From NCBI RefSeq assembly GCF_009914755.1, contig NC_060928.1: a DNA stretch of 64,000 nucleotides. The stretch is one strand, 5' to 3'. Made by a program: the position numbers and the translations under genes. This stretch comes from the human T2T-CHM13v2.0 reference genome, Homo sapiens. This document shows positions 47,842 to 62,232 of the stretch, piece by piece. The notes under the pieces were generated by a model. That model searched no databases and was not told where the DNA came from. It was given only the letters and a program-made list of their open reading frames with translations. The stretch's first letter is position 1, and every line of letters starts with the position of its first letter.

Positions 47842-50800
47842 AGAAATGAACAATTTTAAGGCTTTGGTCACTCAGTCTGTGGGTAATGACTCATAATATC
47901 TAAAACACAGTGCTACTACTGATTAATATGATTTTCCATTTACTTTATAATTTATCTAGAAAATCCTTTTGGTTTCTAACGTTTTTGAAAATCTTTTTAA
48001 ATTAGTTCTGTTTCTTAATTAAAACTACACTCAAATAAACAATTTAAATTTGTTCAGTTTCTTAAAGTAGATTCAACGTAAGTCTTTCTTCGCACTCCAA
48101 AGTTCTTGTCGTCTGAGAGCCATTATTTAGAATGGGAACTCGTTATGCTGTTAATGCAGGTATGGTTGAAAATCAAGTTGACATATCTTTGGCCCTGAAG
48201 ATATTTTCTGGACATAACTTTTAAATACATTCCTGCTATGCTTCACTGTCAAACACATGTCTTCAAAGTGTAGAGGACAGAAAAAAATTCTGATTCATTG
48301 AGAAGTGGCTGTTTTATCTTCATTTCTTTTACACTTTCAGCCACTCTTTCATCAAGCTCTTCTCACGGCACACCAGCAGTCACTAGAGAAATAGATTGCA
48401 GTTGCCTGATATATTCTATTGCAAGTAATAAACATAGCATCAAGTCTTTATTCTTCATCTTCAAAGTACTTGGTAAACATTAAATAATTAATCCCCACAA
48501 CACATTTGGGAAGTAGGCATACATTATTATCACGATGACAAAACTGGAGGCACCCTGAAATTAAATGAGTTGCCTGAGGCTACACATCAAGTTATTATCA
48601 GAGCTGGAATTAGTTGTTGCTTCCCATTCTCATTTTAAGACCTCACCAGGTTCTCTCTTATCCTCATAAGAACCCAAGTGCACTTTCTGCCTAATTTTCA
48701 TTGGCATAACCATGTGTTGCAAATATAATTTGTGTATTTATGGTAATAATTTTGGATGTGAGAAATTCAGTTTTAGTAACCAATAATGCTATTAAATAAA
48801 TTTCATATCAGCTGGCCCTGATACTGAGCAAAAAATTTCACTTTTAAACAGAAGATCAAATGATAGCTTCCCAGGAGGAAAATATACCACTCACCAAGTT
48901 AGCAAAACAAAAAAAGTGTTTCGAAGTCCTGTTTTTAAAATAAACGGTATCATATTTTTACCATAATAGGTGGAATGGACTTTTGGCAAGAGCAATGAAT
49001 ATTCACTGAGGAAATAGTAAGCTTAAAAATAAAATAAGCATCTCCATTAGCATTTTTTGAACAGTGAGCCCTTGCTAGGAACTGTATGCGGCAAAGAATT
49101 AATCATAGTCTAAGTCCCATGGGCTCAGGCAATATTCCTATTAATATTCACTTGTAGGTAACTGCAGTTGTATTTGCTAATAAAATCCCAAATGAAGTGC
49201 AGGTCATTCTTTCTGCAATCCCTACACTTTCTCAAAGTATGTACGTTCTATAGCTCCCAAGTTAGAGTTTTGCAAGACAGAGCCATGCCCTGACACTTAT
49301 CACAGAATTAACAGAATTTTACCCTCATCATATCCAGCTGATAAACAGCCTTTGGCGAGCTGAACTCATGTTGCTGTGTGCTAATTGGCCAGTTAGATTC
49401 ATTTGGTGTTGCTGAGCCTTTAAACAAATTAAAGTTAATTGGAATCAGGAATGGATCAGCCACCTTGGTACTCAATCTGTTTAGCGGTTCTCTTCAACTC
49501 ATTACTTTTCTCTTTTTTTGTTCATTTTCATGTTCCTTGCACAACCCAAGTGTAGTGTTCCCTCTATATTTGTCTCTATTGTGACTATATATTTTTACAA
49601 AATATTTCAAAAAGAATTATTTGAGGACAAGTGGCAAAATACAACACAACAGGATTAATAGAATCAACACCTCTAAGATAGAATTCTTGAGTGTTGTTTT
49701 CATGCAGCTTTTCCCAGTATGTCTCTCTCTGTCCTCTCAGGTTTTTCATTTTGTTATTTTGAGTCCTGTTTTAGTAGAACCTGGGCCTGGAAAGAGCCTC
49801 AACGTATCCAGCTGATTGAGGTCTCCATCAGAGATGGTATTAAAGCCATTTTATCCATGAAATAAAGGAAGTCTGAGTGGGATAAGAAACTTTCTCAACT
49901 TGTATACCTGGGGGAGGATTAGTACCCTAGTCTTCTGCATCATAATTTAGTGACTTTCAACTTGCACCTGTTACCTGAGTATTGTACGTTGTACCCAATA
50001 TGCCTCCATATTTTTGATAACCAACACTTATAAAATACTATGTTCTAAGCAATAGTGAAGTACTTTGCATGCATTAATTAGTTATTATAACAAGGTTTAT
50101 TATTTAATAAGGAGAAAATATCCTTAACTGAATTAACCTGATTACGAGGTCCCTACTACAAATTCAACAGCATTTATTCAACAGAGAGAATCTGTAAGCA
50201 ATTGAAGTATCCACTTTCTGCTAGCTACCTCTCTTAATTAAAATCAGAACTCTCTGAAAGATAGCTCCTTGGTTTGGGGAAATTGTGTACTTCCCATTCA
50301 GACCTCAGAAATGAGAAAGAATAAACAGAATATCCATCATAATCCCATTAAATTAGTATGTTTTTCTATCCCAGATTTGTAAAAAAATAAAATAAAATTA
50401 CCAATTAAAAAGTATACAAATATGAGGATTGTTGTGTTAACTCAGAAGAGAAAATTTCTTAAGTCATTGAGGAGATGATCAGTCATTCAGCTGGTCTTCT
50501 TGGCAGAGAGACAAACAACGGTATATAACAATAAATCTCATTATAATCACATACTAGGACTCTGTGTATGTTTAACACTCTCTTCTTTTGGCACTGAGAT
50601 AGTGTGTTCTGCTTGCTCTACTATTGACATTTCTCTATTATCTCTCTAAGCTCTTTTTTTTATAACTGCCCAATTCCCCTGTTCTTCACAAGGGTATTAA
50701 ATTAGTAAGCAGAAATAAGGCGCCTCAGCCTGTGTATCTTCTGCTGCCATTTCCCTTTCCACTATGCTCTCCTGTATTAGTGAGAAGAATTTGAAGCAAT

Positions 50801-50851
50801 GGAGTGACATTTGCCACACAGAACTTCAATACCATGTTTCTTTTTAAAATA

Positions 50852-51020
50852 TGTATTTGTTTATTTCAATAGCTTTTGGGGTTCAAGTGGTTTTTGGTTA
50901 CATTGATGAATTGCATAATGGTGGAGTCTGATATTTTAATGCACCTGTTACCTGAGTATTGTACATTGTACCCAATATGTAGGTTTTTTATCCCTCACCC
51001 TGCTTCTACCCTTCCGTCTT
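50852..51020 (-). mobile_element. L1PB-type 3' terminus
   Basis: TTTATTTCAATAGCTTTTGGGGTTCAAGTGGTTTTTGGTTACATTGATGAATTG, the L1PB 3'UTR signature. Confidence 0.8.
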
Positions 51021-51767
51021 CTTAGGTAATCAGTTCTGTTTTTCCAGCATGAATATAGAGTACCAAATAAGTTTGCGTATTTATTCTTGCTTATTTGATA
51101 GAATATGTCTTGCTTATTTCATAGAAGACTATGTTTGCTTATTAGACAGAACATGTCCTATCAAATTTGTGGCAAAACAAATAAATTGTTATGCATCCAT
51201 TGAAAAACTTCTAAGGTGAAATTATTTAATTATTAGGGGAATTAAAAGGTGCTCAATTTATTTGTGCAAAATATAAAATTTGTAAAGCTATTGATCATTC
51301 TAAAGCATGATTTTCAAACATCAGTGGTTATAAGAATCAACTGGGACTTATTAAAATTAGAGAAATTTCTGAACCCCATATCCAAAGTTTTAATAAGTCT
51401 GATATGTGCCTGAAAGTAGAATTCTTTCTGGTGCATTTGACAGATTTTTACTTACAGAGAAGATGTTTTAGAAATACTTTAATTTTTTAAATTAATAATC
51501 AGTGTATTAAAGTAATAAATTCAGAAATCCAAATTTCCCTTAAGAAAATGAGGAGTATAATTTACATGCAATAAGTTGCATATATTTAAATTATATATTT
51601 GATAAGTTTTGGCATCTATATACACCCAAGAAACTATCACCAAAATCAAGATCCAAATCCATCATCTCCAAAAGTGTCCTTATTTGCATTGTAATCCCTC
51701 GTTTTCTCTCTTCTCTGGACCTCTCCTCCCGTCTTTAGGCAATCATTGATTTGCTTTCTGACACTAA

Positions 51768-52129
<362 letters not shown>

Positions 52130-52609
52130 TTAAAATGTACTCTTTTTTATATTTTAGAGGGAAAAATTCTTTTTAAATATATTTTAGAGGGAGAGCTGTC
52201 TGGCCTCTTTTATGGAAAATGATAACTTTGAGACATACGCATATTAGGTATGTTCATTCTTTATATTCAGTAGTTCATTCCTTTTTATTGCTGAGTGGCT
52301 TTTCATGTATGTATATACCACAAGTGATTTTTGCATTTGCCTGTTGATGGGCTTTTGTTTCCAGATTTTGGCCATTACAAACAAAGCTGATATAAATATT
52401 TACATATAAGTCTGTGCATGTACACATGTTTTCATTTCTCTTAGTTAAATACCTATAAGGGTTAAAGCAGAGTTACGTGGCAAATATATGTTTAATTTTT
52501 AAAGAAAGTGCCAAATATTTTCCCAAGTTAACTGTTTCCAATGGCACCATTCCCATTAGCAGTTCTTGAGAGTTCCAGATGTTTCACATTTTTACCTACA
52601 CTTGCTTTA

Positions 52610-53096
52610 TGTTTCATCCTGCTGAATCTGAAGCTACAGTCACCCCAGAAGCTGCAAAGGGGAATTCCCACAAGGGAGTTCCCCAAACTGTCCTGAGATG
52701 GAGTTGGTTGGGATTCCAAAGAAAGAGGCACTAAACTCCAGGGTGATCAGTCCAAAGCATCTTTTAGAACTTATTACAGAGTGGTATAGCATGTCCTAGT
52801 GACGAACAGCAAGAGGAAAGTGTTGTTCTCCTTAGGTATGTCCACAGTGAGGGGGTCAGGGTATAGAGTTTATATGAGGATTTAAGGAATTTGGCTCAGG
52901 GATGGGTCCAGTTTCTTTCAGTATTTTGGACAACAATCTAAACATGTTTTCAGTGCCTGGGAATGTGTAAGGCCCCGGTTTGGGTTCAAGCCTTGTAGGA
53001 AAAACCTGCAGCTTTCTGGATCACAGAACTGTCAAATCATTCTGGTTTTCAGTCAAGACACAGAAGGAAAGTGATGGGTGAACTGTGAACTTTACA
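52610..53096 (-). mobile_element. ERVL solo LTR (LTR47A-like)
   Basis: TGTTTCATCC...GGGATTCCAAAGAAAGAGGCACTAAA...TTTATATGAGGATTTAAGGAATTTGGCTCAGGG...TTTACA; TG...CA termini; splits an L1M. Confidence 0.75.
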
Positions 53097-53419
53097 GTAT
53101 GGTCAATCTTTTTAATTTTAGATTAATTAGATTAATTTTAATTCTACTAAGCATGTAGGAGTTACTCCTTGTGGTTTCAATTTGCATTTCCCAATGACTA
53201 AGGAATGTTGTGGATCTTTTCATACACTTATTTGCTATCTGTATCTCATCTTCAGTGAAGTATCAGTTCAAATCCTTTGTAGCTTTTTAATTAGGTTATT
53301 AGTTGTAGGTTTTTCAAACATATCCTTTATCAAAATGAGAGTGTTCTTTTCCATTTCTAATTTACTGAGGGTTTTTTAAAATAAAAAATGACTTTTGATT
53401 TTATTGTTTTCTTGCTTCT

Positions 53420-54218
53420 CATCTAATAATTTATCTGGATCATTCTGGATCAGTTTTGATTGAGATTTCTTCTCATTATGGTTAATACTTTTCTGATTAT
53501 TTACATGTGTGGTTATTTTAGATTGAATACGAGAAACTGTGAATTTTATCTTTAGAATGCTGAATGTATTTGTATTCCTTTAATATTCCTGAGCTTCATG
53601 ATGGGAATCCATTAAATTACTTGAAAACAATATGATCCTTTTAGGTCATCCTTTCAGCTTTATTTAGCAAGATCAAGGTTTAATCTAGGATTAATTTGCT
53701 CCACTAATAATGCAGGAAACGGAGTAATCTACCTCATGCCCTGTGAAACTCTGTAGGAGTTTCTACTCTGGCTCTTGGGAACAGCACTGTTCTCCACTCT
53801 GTGTGAGCTACAGGTATTATTCCCTTTAATCCTTTTAGATAGTTCTTTCTCAGCTTTCAAGTTTCTTCACACATTTGTGCTGATCAGAACTCAACTGAAA
53901 ACCCCAGGGTGTCCCTGCATAGGGCTCTGGCTGTTTCTCTGGGCAGCTCTCTCCTCTCTGTCTGCTCTGCAAACTTTTGCTGCTTTGGTCCCCTCAACTC
54001 AGGGAACCTGCAGGGTGTGCTTCTTGTGCCACAACCCAGGAACTATCTCCGGAAAATAAACAGGAGCAATCAAAGGGCTCTTCTCATTTGTTTCCTGTCT
54101 CTTAGGAACCACTGTCCTTCGTTGCCTAATGTCAAGTTTCTTGGGAACCATTTTTTCATATCGCTTGTCTGGTTTTTCTGCTGTTTCAGGCAGGGAAGTA
54201 TTTTTAATCCCTGTGACT
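53420..54218 (-). mobile_element. Old L1M (ME-like) 5'-end fragment
   Basis: Distant similarity to 403-1100 (GGCAGCTCTCTCCTCTCTG; TTTAATCTAGGATTAATTTG). Confidence 0.55.
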
Positions 54219-54374
54219 AAGTTACCCATTAAAGTTTTTAAAGTTAGTTTACAGTCATTCTCTAATTGTAAATCCAGTCAATATTTAATAATAACTTTAA
54301 AGGTGGATTTTGATTAATATTTCACCCAATTTAAAATATTTAGCTGCCTTCTCAATTTTAAACATTCAATTTTT

Positions 54375-54478
54375 TTATTATTATTATACTTTAAGTTTTG
54401 GGGTACATGTGCACAACGTGCAGGTTTGTTACATATGTATACATGTGCCATGTTGGTGCGCTGCACCCATTAACTCAT
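54375..54478 (-). mobile_element. Very short L1PA (PA3-PA5-like) 3' terminus
   Basis: TTATTATACTTTAAGTTTTGGGGTACATGTGCACAACGTGCAGG...CACCCATTAACTC; 16-bp TSD TAAACATTCAATTTTT at 54359-54374 and 54524-54539. Confidence 0.93.
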
Positions 54479-54572
54479 AAAAACTCTCAGTGAGACATTT
54501 AAATTACTTATAAAAATTAAATGTAAACATTCAATTTTTATAAGTAATTTAAATGTCTCACTTAGAGTTTTT
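54479..54572. repeat. 94-bp AT-rich near-perfect palindrome
   Basis: 46-bp arms (54479-54524, 54527-54572), 2 mismatches, 2-nt loop. Confidence 0.95.
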
Positions 54573-56418
54573 CAATGCAGATGCAAAAGTGTATTGGTGT
54601 GCTGTCCAGGAATTATAGAGCTTAGGGATTTCCTCAGCCCTTAGGATAGCTGCATGGGAACTTGGATGCCTGGAGCACCCGTATCTATATATGCATTAAA
54701 TGAAAAGATTAGCAAAAATTCTTCTAACAAACAGGGATCTCACGAATCCTTAAGAAATTATTTCTAAAAAATAAAATCTAGTATATAGTAAATGTTCTTA
54801 ATTATTCCTCTCTTGTTTCAAACAGTAAGTTTATTTCTCTATTTTTAAATTAAAATCTGATTTCTAATATTAATAGCTTCTTTAAACATTTTTAAATTGA
54901 TATTGCAGGTTAGATATGGTAACATATCCCCAAAATATAAATAAACAGTGCAAGCACTTTCCCCAAAATATGGATTTTTTTCTCCTAACATAAAATATTA
55001 ATACTATATATTTGATTTAGTTCATTATATTAACCTTTGATGAAATTTATTTACGCAATTAAGAAACTGTTATATTTCCCAAGCAAGCTGGAATTTCCAA
55101 GTGTGCGAAGTAACATTATCTATAGACTAGAGAAATGTTTGGCAGGGATCTGGGGTTTCTTTTCTTTTCTTTTCGCTTTATTTTGTTTTCTTTGTTTCCC
55201 CCAAGGTAAAACTGGAAAATGCTGAAATCTATATAATCACTAAACAGACTCCATATTTAAAAAGGTGTTTGGTTTTACAGTCCTCATACTCTATATTAAA
55301 GTCACACATTAGTCTAATTAGTCCATCTGACTTTAATCTTCCACCTACTTATCTAGCTTTGATTAATTTTCTTATGACTCTGCATTTCTTTGCCTTCTTT
55401 GTGACATTTTATTGTCCTCTAGCCTGTCTCTGAAGACGCTATGATGACATTCCTTTGAATGGCTCATGCAATGCTTCCGAATTTTGAATTTTACAAACTG
55501 AACTGTGCAGATGAAATTCTGTATTTCTTTCTTCTTTCTTCTGGTCTGGCAGTACCACAGATTTTATGTATATTTTTAATTACTTCCATCTGAATTTTAA
55601 GTGACATCTCTGGCTTTGTCTGACCTGAGTATATTACACAAAAATCATACTAACAGCTTGCTTGTATTTTAATGAATATTTACCAGTGACTCTATATCCA
55701 GCTTTCCTGATCGCTCATTATTACACTTTAAGGTAAATACTCATGAAACCTTCAAGAAATGCTGTTAGTTGCAATAATCTAACTGGTTACTTTAATGTAA
55801 TTAATAGTTATAATTTTTATTGAATTATTTTTGTGACATTTTGCATAAACCATTTTCAACTATCCTCAGTATTGTACAAACATATTAAACAATCTTTACA
55901 AAACACACATCACCTCCGTCTTAGTTATGAAAGAAGATCGGTAATAATGAGAGTGAACATTCTATTCCATGATCAACTAGGTTATACACCTCGGATTTGC
56001 ACTAAATGTAAGCAGCCAGAATTAACAGGGCCCTGTGGCTGGGGTATATAGAACAAGTCAATAGCATATTTGGCTAATCTGCACTAATTCTTATTTATTT
56101 ATATTTATTTTCTTTAAATAGAGCCTAGACTTTTAGTAGAGTCTCTAAAAAATAACTGTATAGGGGCCCATGAAGTTAGTCTATGTGTTCAGTCCCCCAT
56201 AATCCAAAAGGTGACTCCACTACATTCTTAATCATGCTTTCATCATTAACAATCTCAGGTAATTAATAATAAAATATCCACTAAAAATAAGCTAGATTAT
56301 CTCCTAGTGTGAGCTTTCAGCATCTTTTTACCTTAATCCTTAAAACATGCACAAAATCACCTAAAAACAGTGACAACGCACATTTTAATAACAATTGGCA
56401 ATAAAAATGAATTGCAGA

Positions 56419-57418
56419 TTTTATTTTATTTTATTTTATTTTCAGTTCATGGGTACATGTGCAGATTTGCTACATAGGTAAACTTAAGTCACTGGGGCTT
56501 GTTGTACAGATTATTTCGTCACCAAGGTATTAAACCTAGTACCCATTAATTACTTTTCCTGATCTTCTCCTTCCTCACCCCCTCCACCTTCTGATAGTCC
56601 CCAGTGCGTGTTTTTCCCCTCTGTGTCCATGTGTTCTCATCATTTAGCTCCCACTTATAAGTGAGAACATGCAGTATTTGGTTTTCTGTTCCTGCATTGG
56701 TTTGCTAAGGATAATAGCCTCCAGCTCCATCCATGCTGCTGCAAAGGACATAATCGTGTTCTTTTTTATGGCTGCATAGTATTCCATGGTGTATATGTAC
56801 CACATATATGTACAACATTTTCTTTATCCAATCTGTCACTGATGGGCATTTAGGTTGATTCCATGTCTTTGCTATTGTGAATAGCGCTGCAATGAACATA
56901 CACATGCATGCGTCCTTATAATGAAACGTTTCATATTCCTTTGGGTTTATACCCAGTAATGGGATCGCTGGGTCAAGTGGTATTTCTGTCTTTAGGTCTT
57001 TGAGGAATTGCCACACTGTCTTCCACAATGTTTGAAATAATTTACATTCTCACCAACAGTGTATAAGCGTTCTTTTTTCTCCACAAGCTCTCCAGCATCT
57101 ATTATTTTTTAAATTTTTAATAATAGTCATTCTGACTGGCGTGAGATGGTATCTCACTGTGGTTTTGATTTGCACTTCAGTGATCAGTGATATTGACCTT
57201 TTTTACATATGATTATTAGCTGCATGTATGTCTTCTTTCGAAAAGTGTCTGTTCATGTCGTTTGCCCACTTATTAATGGGGTTGTTTATTTTTTTCTTGT
57301 AAATTTAAGTTTCTTATAGAAGCTGAATATTAGACCTTTGTTGGACACATAGTTTACAAAAATTTTCACCCATTCTATAGATTGTTTACTCTGTTGATAG
57401 CTTCTTTTACTGCTGCAG
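56419..57418 (-). mobile_element. 5'-truncated older L1PA (about PA11-16)
   Basis: (TTTTA)n tail, GGTAAACTTAAGTCACTGGGGCTTGTTGTACAG 3'UTR. ORF 56705-57028 is an ORF2 C-terminal remnant. Confidence 0.92.
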
Positions 57419-57795
57419 ACATTTTCAAGATTTTTTTTAAGTCTGACTTTTCAGGCAGCATGTTAAATGTCTCCTCTTTCATCAGTCTGAAAATGGGAAA
57501 GGTAAGGATGATGAAAATTAGGTTTTAGGGGTGAGAGGTCGGAGTTATTTTCTTTTGTTTTGTTTGGACTGATAATATCCTCCTCCTATCTTCATATAAT
57601 TAAGCCTCCCTGAAGCAGAAAAGTATAGATGAAGCTTCTCCTCTATCACGAGCCCTGCACAAAACAAGACATTATCAGCTTAATATCAAATGAGCACGCA
57701 CGGATATTTTCTAGTTGTACATTTTAATGAAATCATTGATTTTAGAAGCTATGCACTTTATTAATTAAAATAATGTTACCAACCTTTGTAAATAA

Positions 57796-58124
<329 letters not shown>

Positions 58125-58789
58125 TGTAAGTAATTTCCTGGATATCCATTGCGAAGTTTACTTATGGAAGGAAATTACAGTATACCAAAGGTTCATAATG
58201 GATTCATTCCTGGCATCCACAGGCAGGTGTGTGTGTGTGTGTTGTGTGTGTGCTTCTTTGTGTTTGAACATAATGAATATTTTAACTTCATCCATCTAAG
58301 TAACAAGATTTAATTGAATCTTTTCTATACAAAATACTCTGCAAGGATTCTGTAGTGTGGAAGAATTAAAAAGTCATTCACTTGCTTCAAGGACCATATA
58401 TATATATAGAAGACAAAAGGAACAAACTTGAAAAATTAAGAATAAAAGGAGTTTGTGAGTAAATCCCAAATGAATGGAAGAATCATACATTATTTTTTAT
58501 TTTTACAATTTGAACAATATGAATAAATATAAAATAATAAAAATTATTAACCAAATGCATATTACCCAAACAATATTACCTAATTGGAGATTATTCCTCA
58601 AAATAAGCTTTTAATAGGCTACACACTTCAGAGATTTCTAGAATTCCTTCTTTTTTTTTTTTTGAGTGGGAAGGGGAGTTTTCCAGAGATACCCTAGGAA
58701 ATTAGTTTCATTATTCCATGATTGTATTTTGAGATTAAATTATTATTACTCAATCTATTCAAAGGATTTTGCTCTAAGACTAGGGTGGA

Positions 58790-58970
58790 TGGACTCTTGT
58801 GGCATTGGGCAAATAATTTTTAACTCCTCTAAGCTTCTTTTCTGAACTAAATATTACTAAATATACTTAGTTCACTGAGTGGTACTGAAGACTAAATATG
58901 ATTATTTGCATTAAGCACTTAATATTGTTTATACCCCATATTAGGCACTCAATAAACATGAGTTATTATT
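58790..58970 (+). mobile_element. MIR SINE
   Basis: GTGGCATTGGGCAAATAATTTTTAACTCCTCTAAGC...GCACTCAATAAACATGAGTTATTATT. Confidence 0.65.
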
Positions 58971-59299
58971 TCTATTTTGTATTTTCCAAAAAGCATATAT
59001 ATTTAAATTAATTTCTGAAAAGTGATTTGCCCTGAGAAGATATGTAAAATTTCTATGGCATCCTTAAGGAGGTAATCTAAAAATACTGAGTACTGGCAGC
59101 ATTGTTATAACAAGCGTGCTGTGTTTCTGAGGCACCTGCTTCCAAGGAAGTAATGGTTTTTGTTTTTAGCCAATGTTGTTTAAAAACATCTGAGGTAATA
59201 CCAAGCAAAAGTAACGATTTAAATTGTCTCGTCATTTTCCCTGAACACATTGGCAAGTTAAGCTGATGTTTCTGTTAATGAGCTGAAGACTCAGTAAAA

Positions 59300-59860
59300 T
59301 GCCTATCTAGTCTTCTCCAAGTCATCATTTGTCATGCAAATAACTCCCAATCTCTAGTTCTAACCTGGAGCTCTTTCTGGAATTCCAGACTTTTATGTCC
59401 ATCCAACTATCATCAATTTCAACATGGATATTCTCTAGGTAACTTCAGCTCTACTCCCACTCTGAAATAATCTTCCTCATCTTGCACACCTGCTCCCTCA
59501 CATCTGTTTACTACACACGCGATTCACTTAATGCCCGTCCTCAGCAAACTTTGAGTCACCCAAGATTATTTTTTCTGCCTCATGCCTTATTTATGACCAA
59601 ATCATACAATTCTCCTCCTTCACTCACTCAAGAACTGTTATTTGAACACAGCATTGTTCCAGATTCTTCTTCATTCCTGCTAACAAAGAGGACATTCATC
59701 CAAGTTCACCAGACCTCCTGCAATAGTCTCTTTATTAGTGTCCCTTCCTCTCTGCTCCCTCATCCAATATATGTACCACACTGCCTTCTATATAACACAG
59801 ATGCTCTCTGCCTCCATGTCCTACTTCAAAGAGCTCAAGCTTGCTCATCTTTGAAAATTC
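59300..59860 (+). mobile_element. L2 fragment
   Basis: ATAACTCCCAATCTCTAGTTCTAACCTGGAGCTCTTTCTGGAATTCCAGAC; CCTGCAATAGTCTCTTTATTAGTGTCCCT. Confidence 0.65.
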
Positions 59861-60197
59861 AGCTCGTGTCATTTCTTATGGGCTATGTGAATATGCTATC
59901 AACAAAACTACCATTTTGAATTGATTTCTGTATGTAGAAATGGGTTTCATCTAAATATCCATGCTGTTCTGTAGACCCATTAGGACCAAACTGGTATTTT
60001 TGTTGGAAACTTAGCAGGAAAGTTTTTGAATAAAAATTCTTAAGTTGTGATTTTATACATATTTTTGTTTAGAGACTGTGGGGAGTAAATTGTGTCACAG
60101 GGGTATATGACACAGGGATCACATAAATTCTTTAAAACTAATTTTTATTTAAAAAACATAAGGAAATTAGTATGACTAAAATGCCTTGGGTCTAAAC

Positions 60198-60439
60198 CAG
60201 GGTTTATCAGCTGTGGTGCTATTGACATTTGGGGCCAGATAATTTTTGCGTGTGTGGATGGGGATATGGACTTTCCTGTGCATCACAGGATGTTTACAAG
60301 CATCCCTGGCCTATAGCCACTAAATGTCAGTAGCATCCCCAATGGTAATAACCTCTCTCCAGTTGGTGATCATCATAAATATCTCCAGATGGTGAAAAAT
60401 ATCTCTGAAGGCAAAATCACCCCAAGTTAAGAACCACTG
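60198..60439 (+). mobile_element. MER20 hAT-Charlie MITE
   Basis: GCTATTGACATTTGGGGCCAGATAATT...CCTGTGCATCACAGGATGTTTACAAGCATCCCTGGCC...GGCAAAATCACCCCAAGTTAAGAACCACTG. Confidence 0.9.
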
Positions 60440-61139
60440 GTTCAGATAGTTCCAAATTATCCAGGCTTCTGGAGTGACCTTTTTTTTTTTTTTGAGTATC
60501 CAAATCATGATTTTCAGCTTCCATCCATTAAATGTAGAATTTGCTTGCTTGTGGGGCCTTAAGTTGTTCTTTTTCCCATCCATGCTGTGGCCTGAGCTTT
60601 CACTATTACCTGGCTGCTAAAATCACCCCTAGCTCCTATGCTTGTTGATACTGTTTTCCTTCATCCTTCTCAAAGAACCTCTAAATGTAAATTTGATGTG
60701 TTTGACAGATTATATAAAACATTGGTAGATGAAAGAGAATAATTACATCAAAGAGCAAGAAACAATTTCAAATCCAACATTAATCATCACCGTGTCTGTA
60801 AAATTTTGGGCTCTTCCCTCCTTTAGGAATTCCTTTATGTGTCATCTTTCTATGCTTCTTCTAAATTCTGTTTTTGATATGTGCCCCACCACCAGACCCT
60901 ACTCACATCTTTCTCTCCTCTCCTGTTTCTTTTCACTGCCCTTTCCCTATTTCATAAACTCAAAGATCTCATGTTAGCATATAGAACAGGTATGCTTTGT
61001 TACATTTTTACAACCCATCATTTCAATCTATGTCCAATAGGATCATACCACAATCAACCAAAAGGTTCATTTGGACTTACCAGGATGTTTTTCTAAATAT
61101 TAGAACTAATTGACTGGCAGATGAATTTTGGCACTTTCC

Positions 61140-61483
61140 TATATGTTGAAATAGCATGGAATGCTTTATCCTACCTGTACATTTCACTGTTTTCTTCAGG
61201 TTCCATTTTAAATATTATGTCCAGAGAAGACTTCCCTGATGCCCTGACTACATAATAAAGTAACTTCTCAACTATCTTATTCTGTTTCCTAGCAGCCAGT
61301 TCTTTTCCTTCAATGCTGTTATCAGAATTTGTAACTACATATATATATGTATGCCTAATTCTTTATTCCTGGGTTTTTATTAATCTCTAAGCCCCACAGA
61401 TGTAAGCACATATTTGTTTTCTTCAAGTATGCCCAGTGCAAAATGCTTTGTAAAATTTTTAAATTAAAAATGAATAAATGAAT
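61140..61483 (+). mobile_element. L2 3' end
   Basis: CATGGAATGCTTTATCC...CCAGAGAAGACTTCCCTGA...AATGAATAAATGAATG tail. Confidence 0.65.
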
Positions 61484-62232
61484 GCTACAGAACTTTGTAT
61501 TGGCAAAGAAAGAGCATTGTAAAAATATACCAAAAGATTAAATATAGGCTTTAGTGACAGAATTAGTAGATTCAGAATAAAAATTAAATGAAGATATTTC
61601 TAAAGAAGCCAAGAATAGAGAAGATGAAATAACAATCCAAAGGGATTTCAATAAACAGCAGTCCAGGTACCACCACCTAACTTCAAATGAATGTGATGAA
61701 AACTGTGGTGCATGCTTTTTTTTCCCTTACAATAAAGTAAGATTGGGAGATCTGTTTTAGCTATACCATATGTATAAGGGAAATTTCTATAATTACCTAC
61801 TTAAAGAAGCAATGCTAATTATCTAAGAATCATAAATGACTGAAAATATAATCAATGACTGTATTGCATAGAATCTTTCCAAAATCAACATTTAAAAATC
61901 TCAAAATATCAATAAATACCAAGAGAAAAGAGAGAAAAACAAGTGAAGGAGTAGCCTCTGAAATTGTCCAACAGGAGAATTAGGCTGGTCAGAAGTCTCA
62001 GGCTTCCCCAGGGCCAGAGAGATGACAGATAAATATGCAAAACGGCTTCTGTTCAAACAGTACAGCAGCCCCATTCTCCACTTAGTACACTTCCTGATAT
62101 CTCTGCCAACATAAATAAATAGATCAAAGGTAAAATCATTCCAAAAGAATTGTTTAATTTCAACACCAAAAATAACATCTTCACTGAAGATAAATTTTCC
62201 TTCAGGAGCCCCCATATGCATACACAGCACAA

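Noticed and set aside
51085-51157. Three degenerate ~23-bp repeats (also 13-mers at 45435-45470) as a CRISPR-like array
   Set aside because: Head-to-tail slippage repeats without unique spacers, in primate DNA, with no cas genes.
59482-59919. 145-aa ORF
   Set aside because: Starts with TTG, lies in an L2 remnant, is Ser/Leu-rich with no domain and has no supporting splice context.
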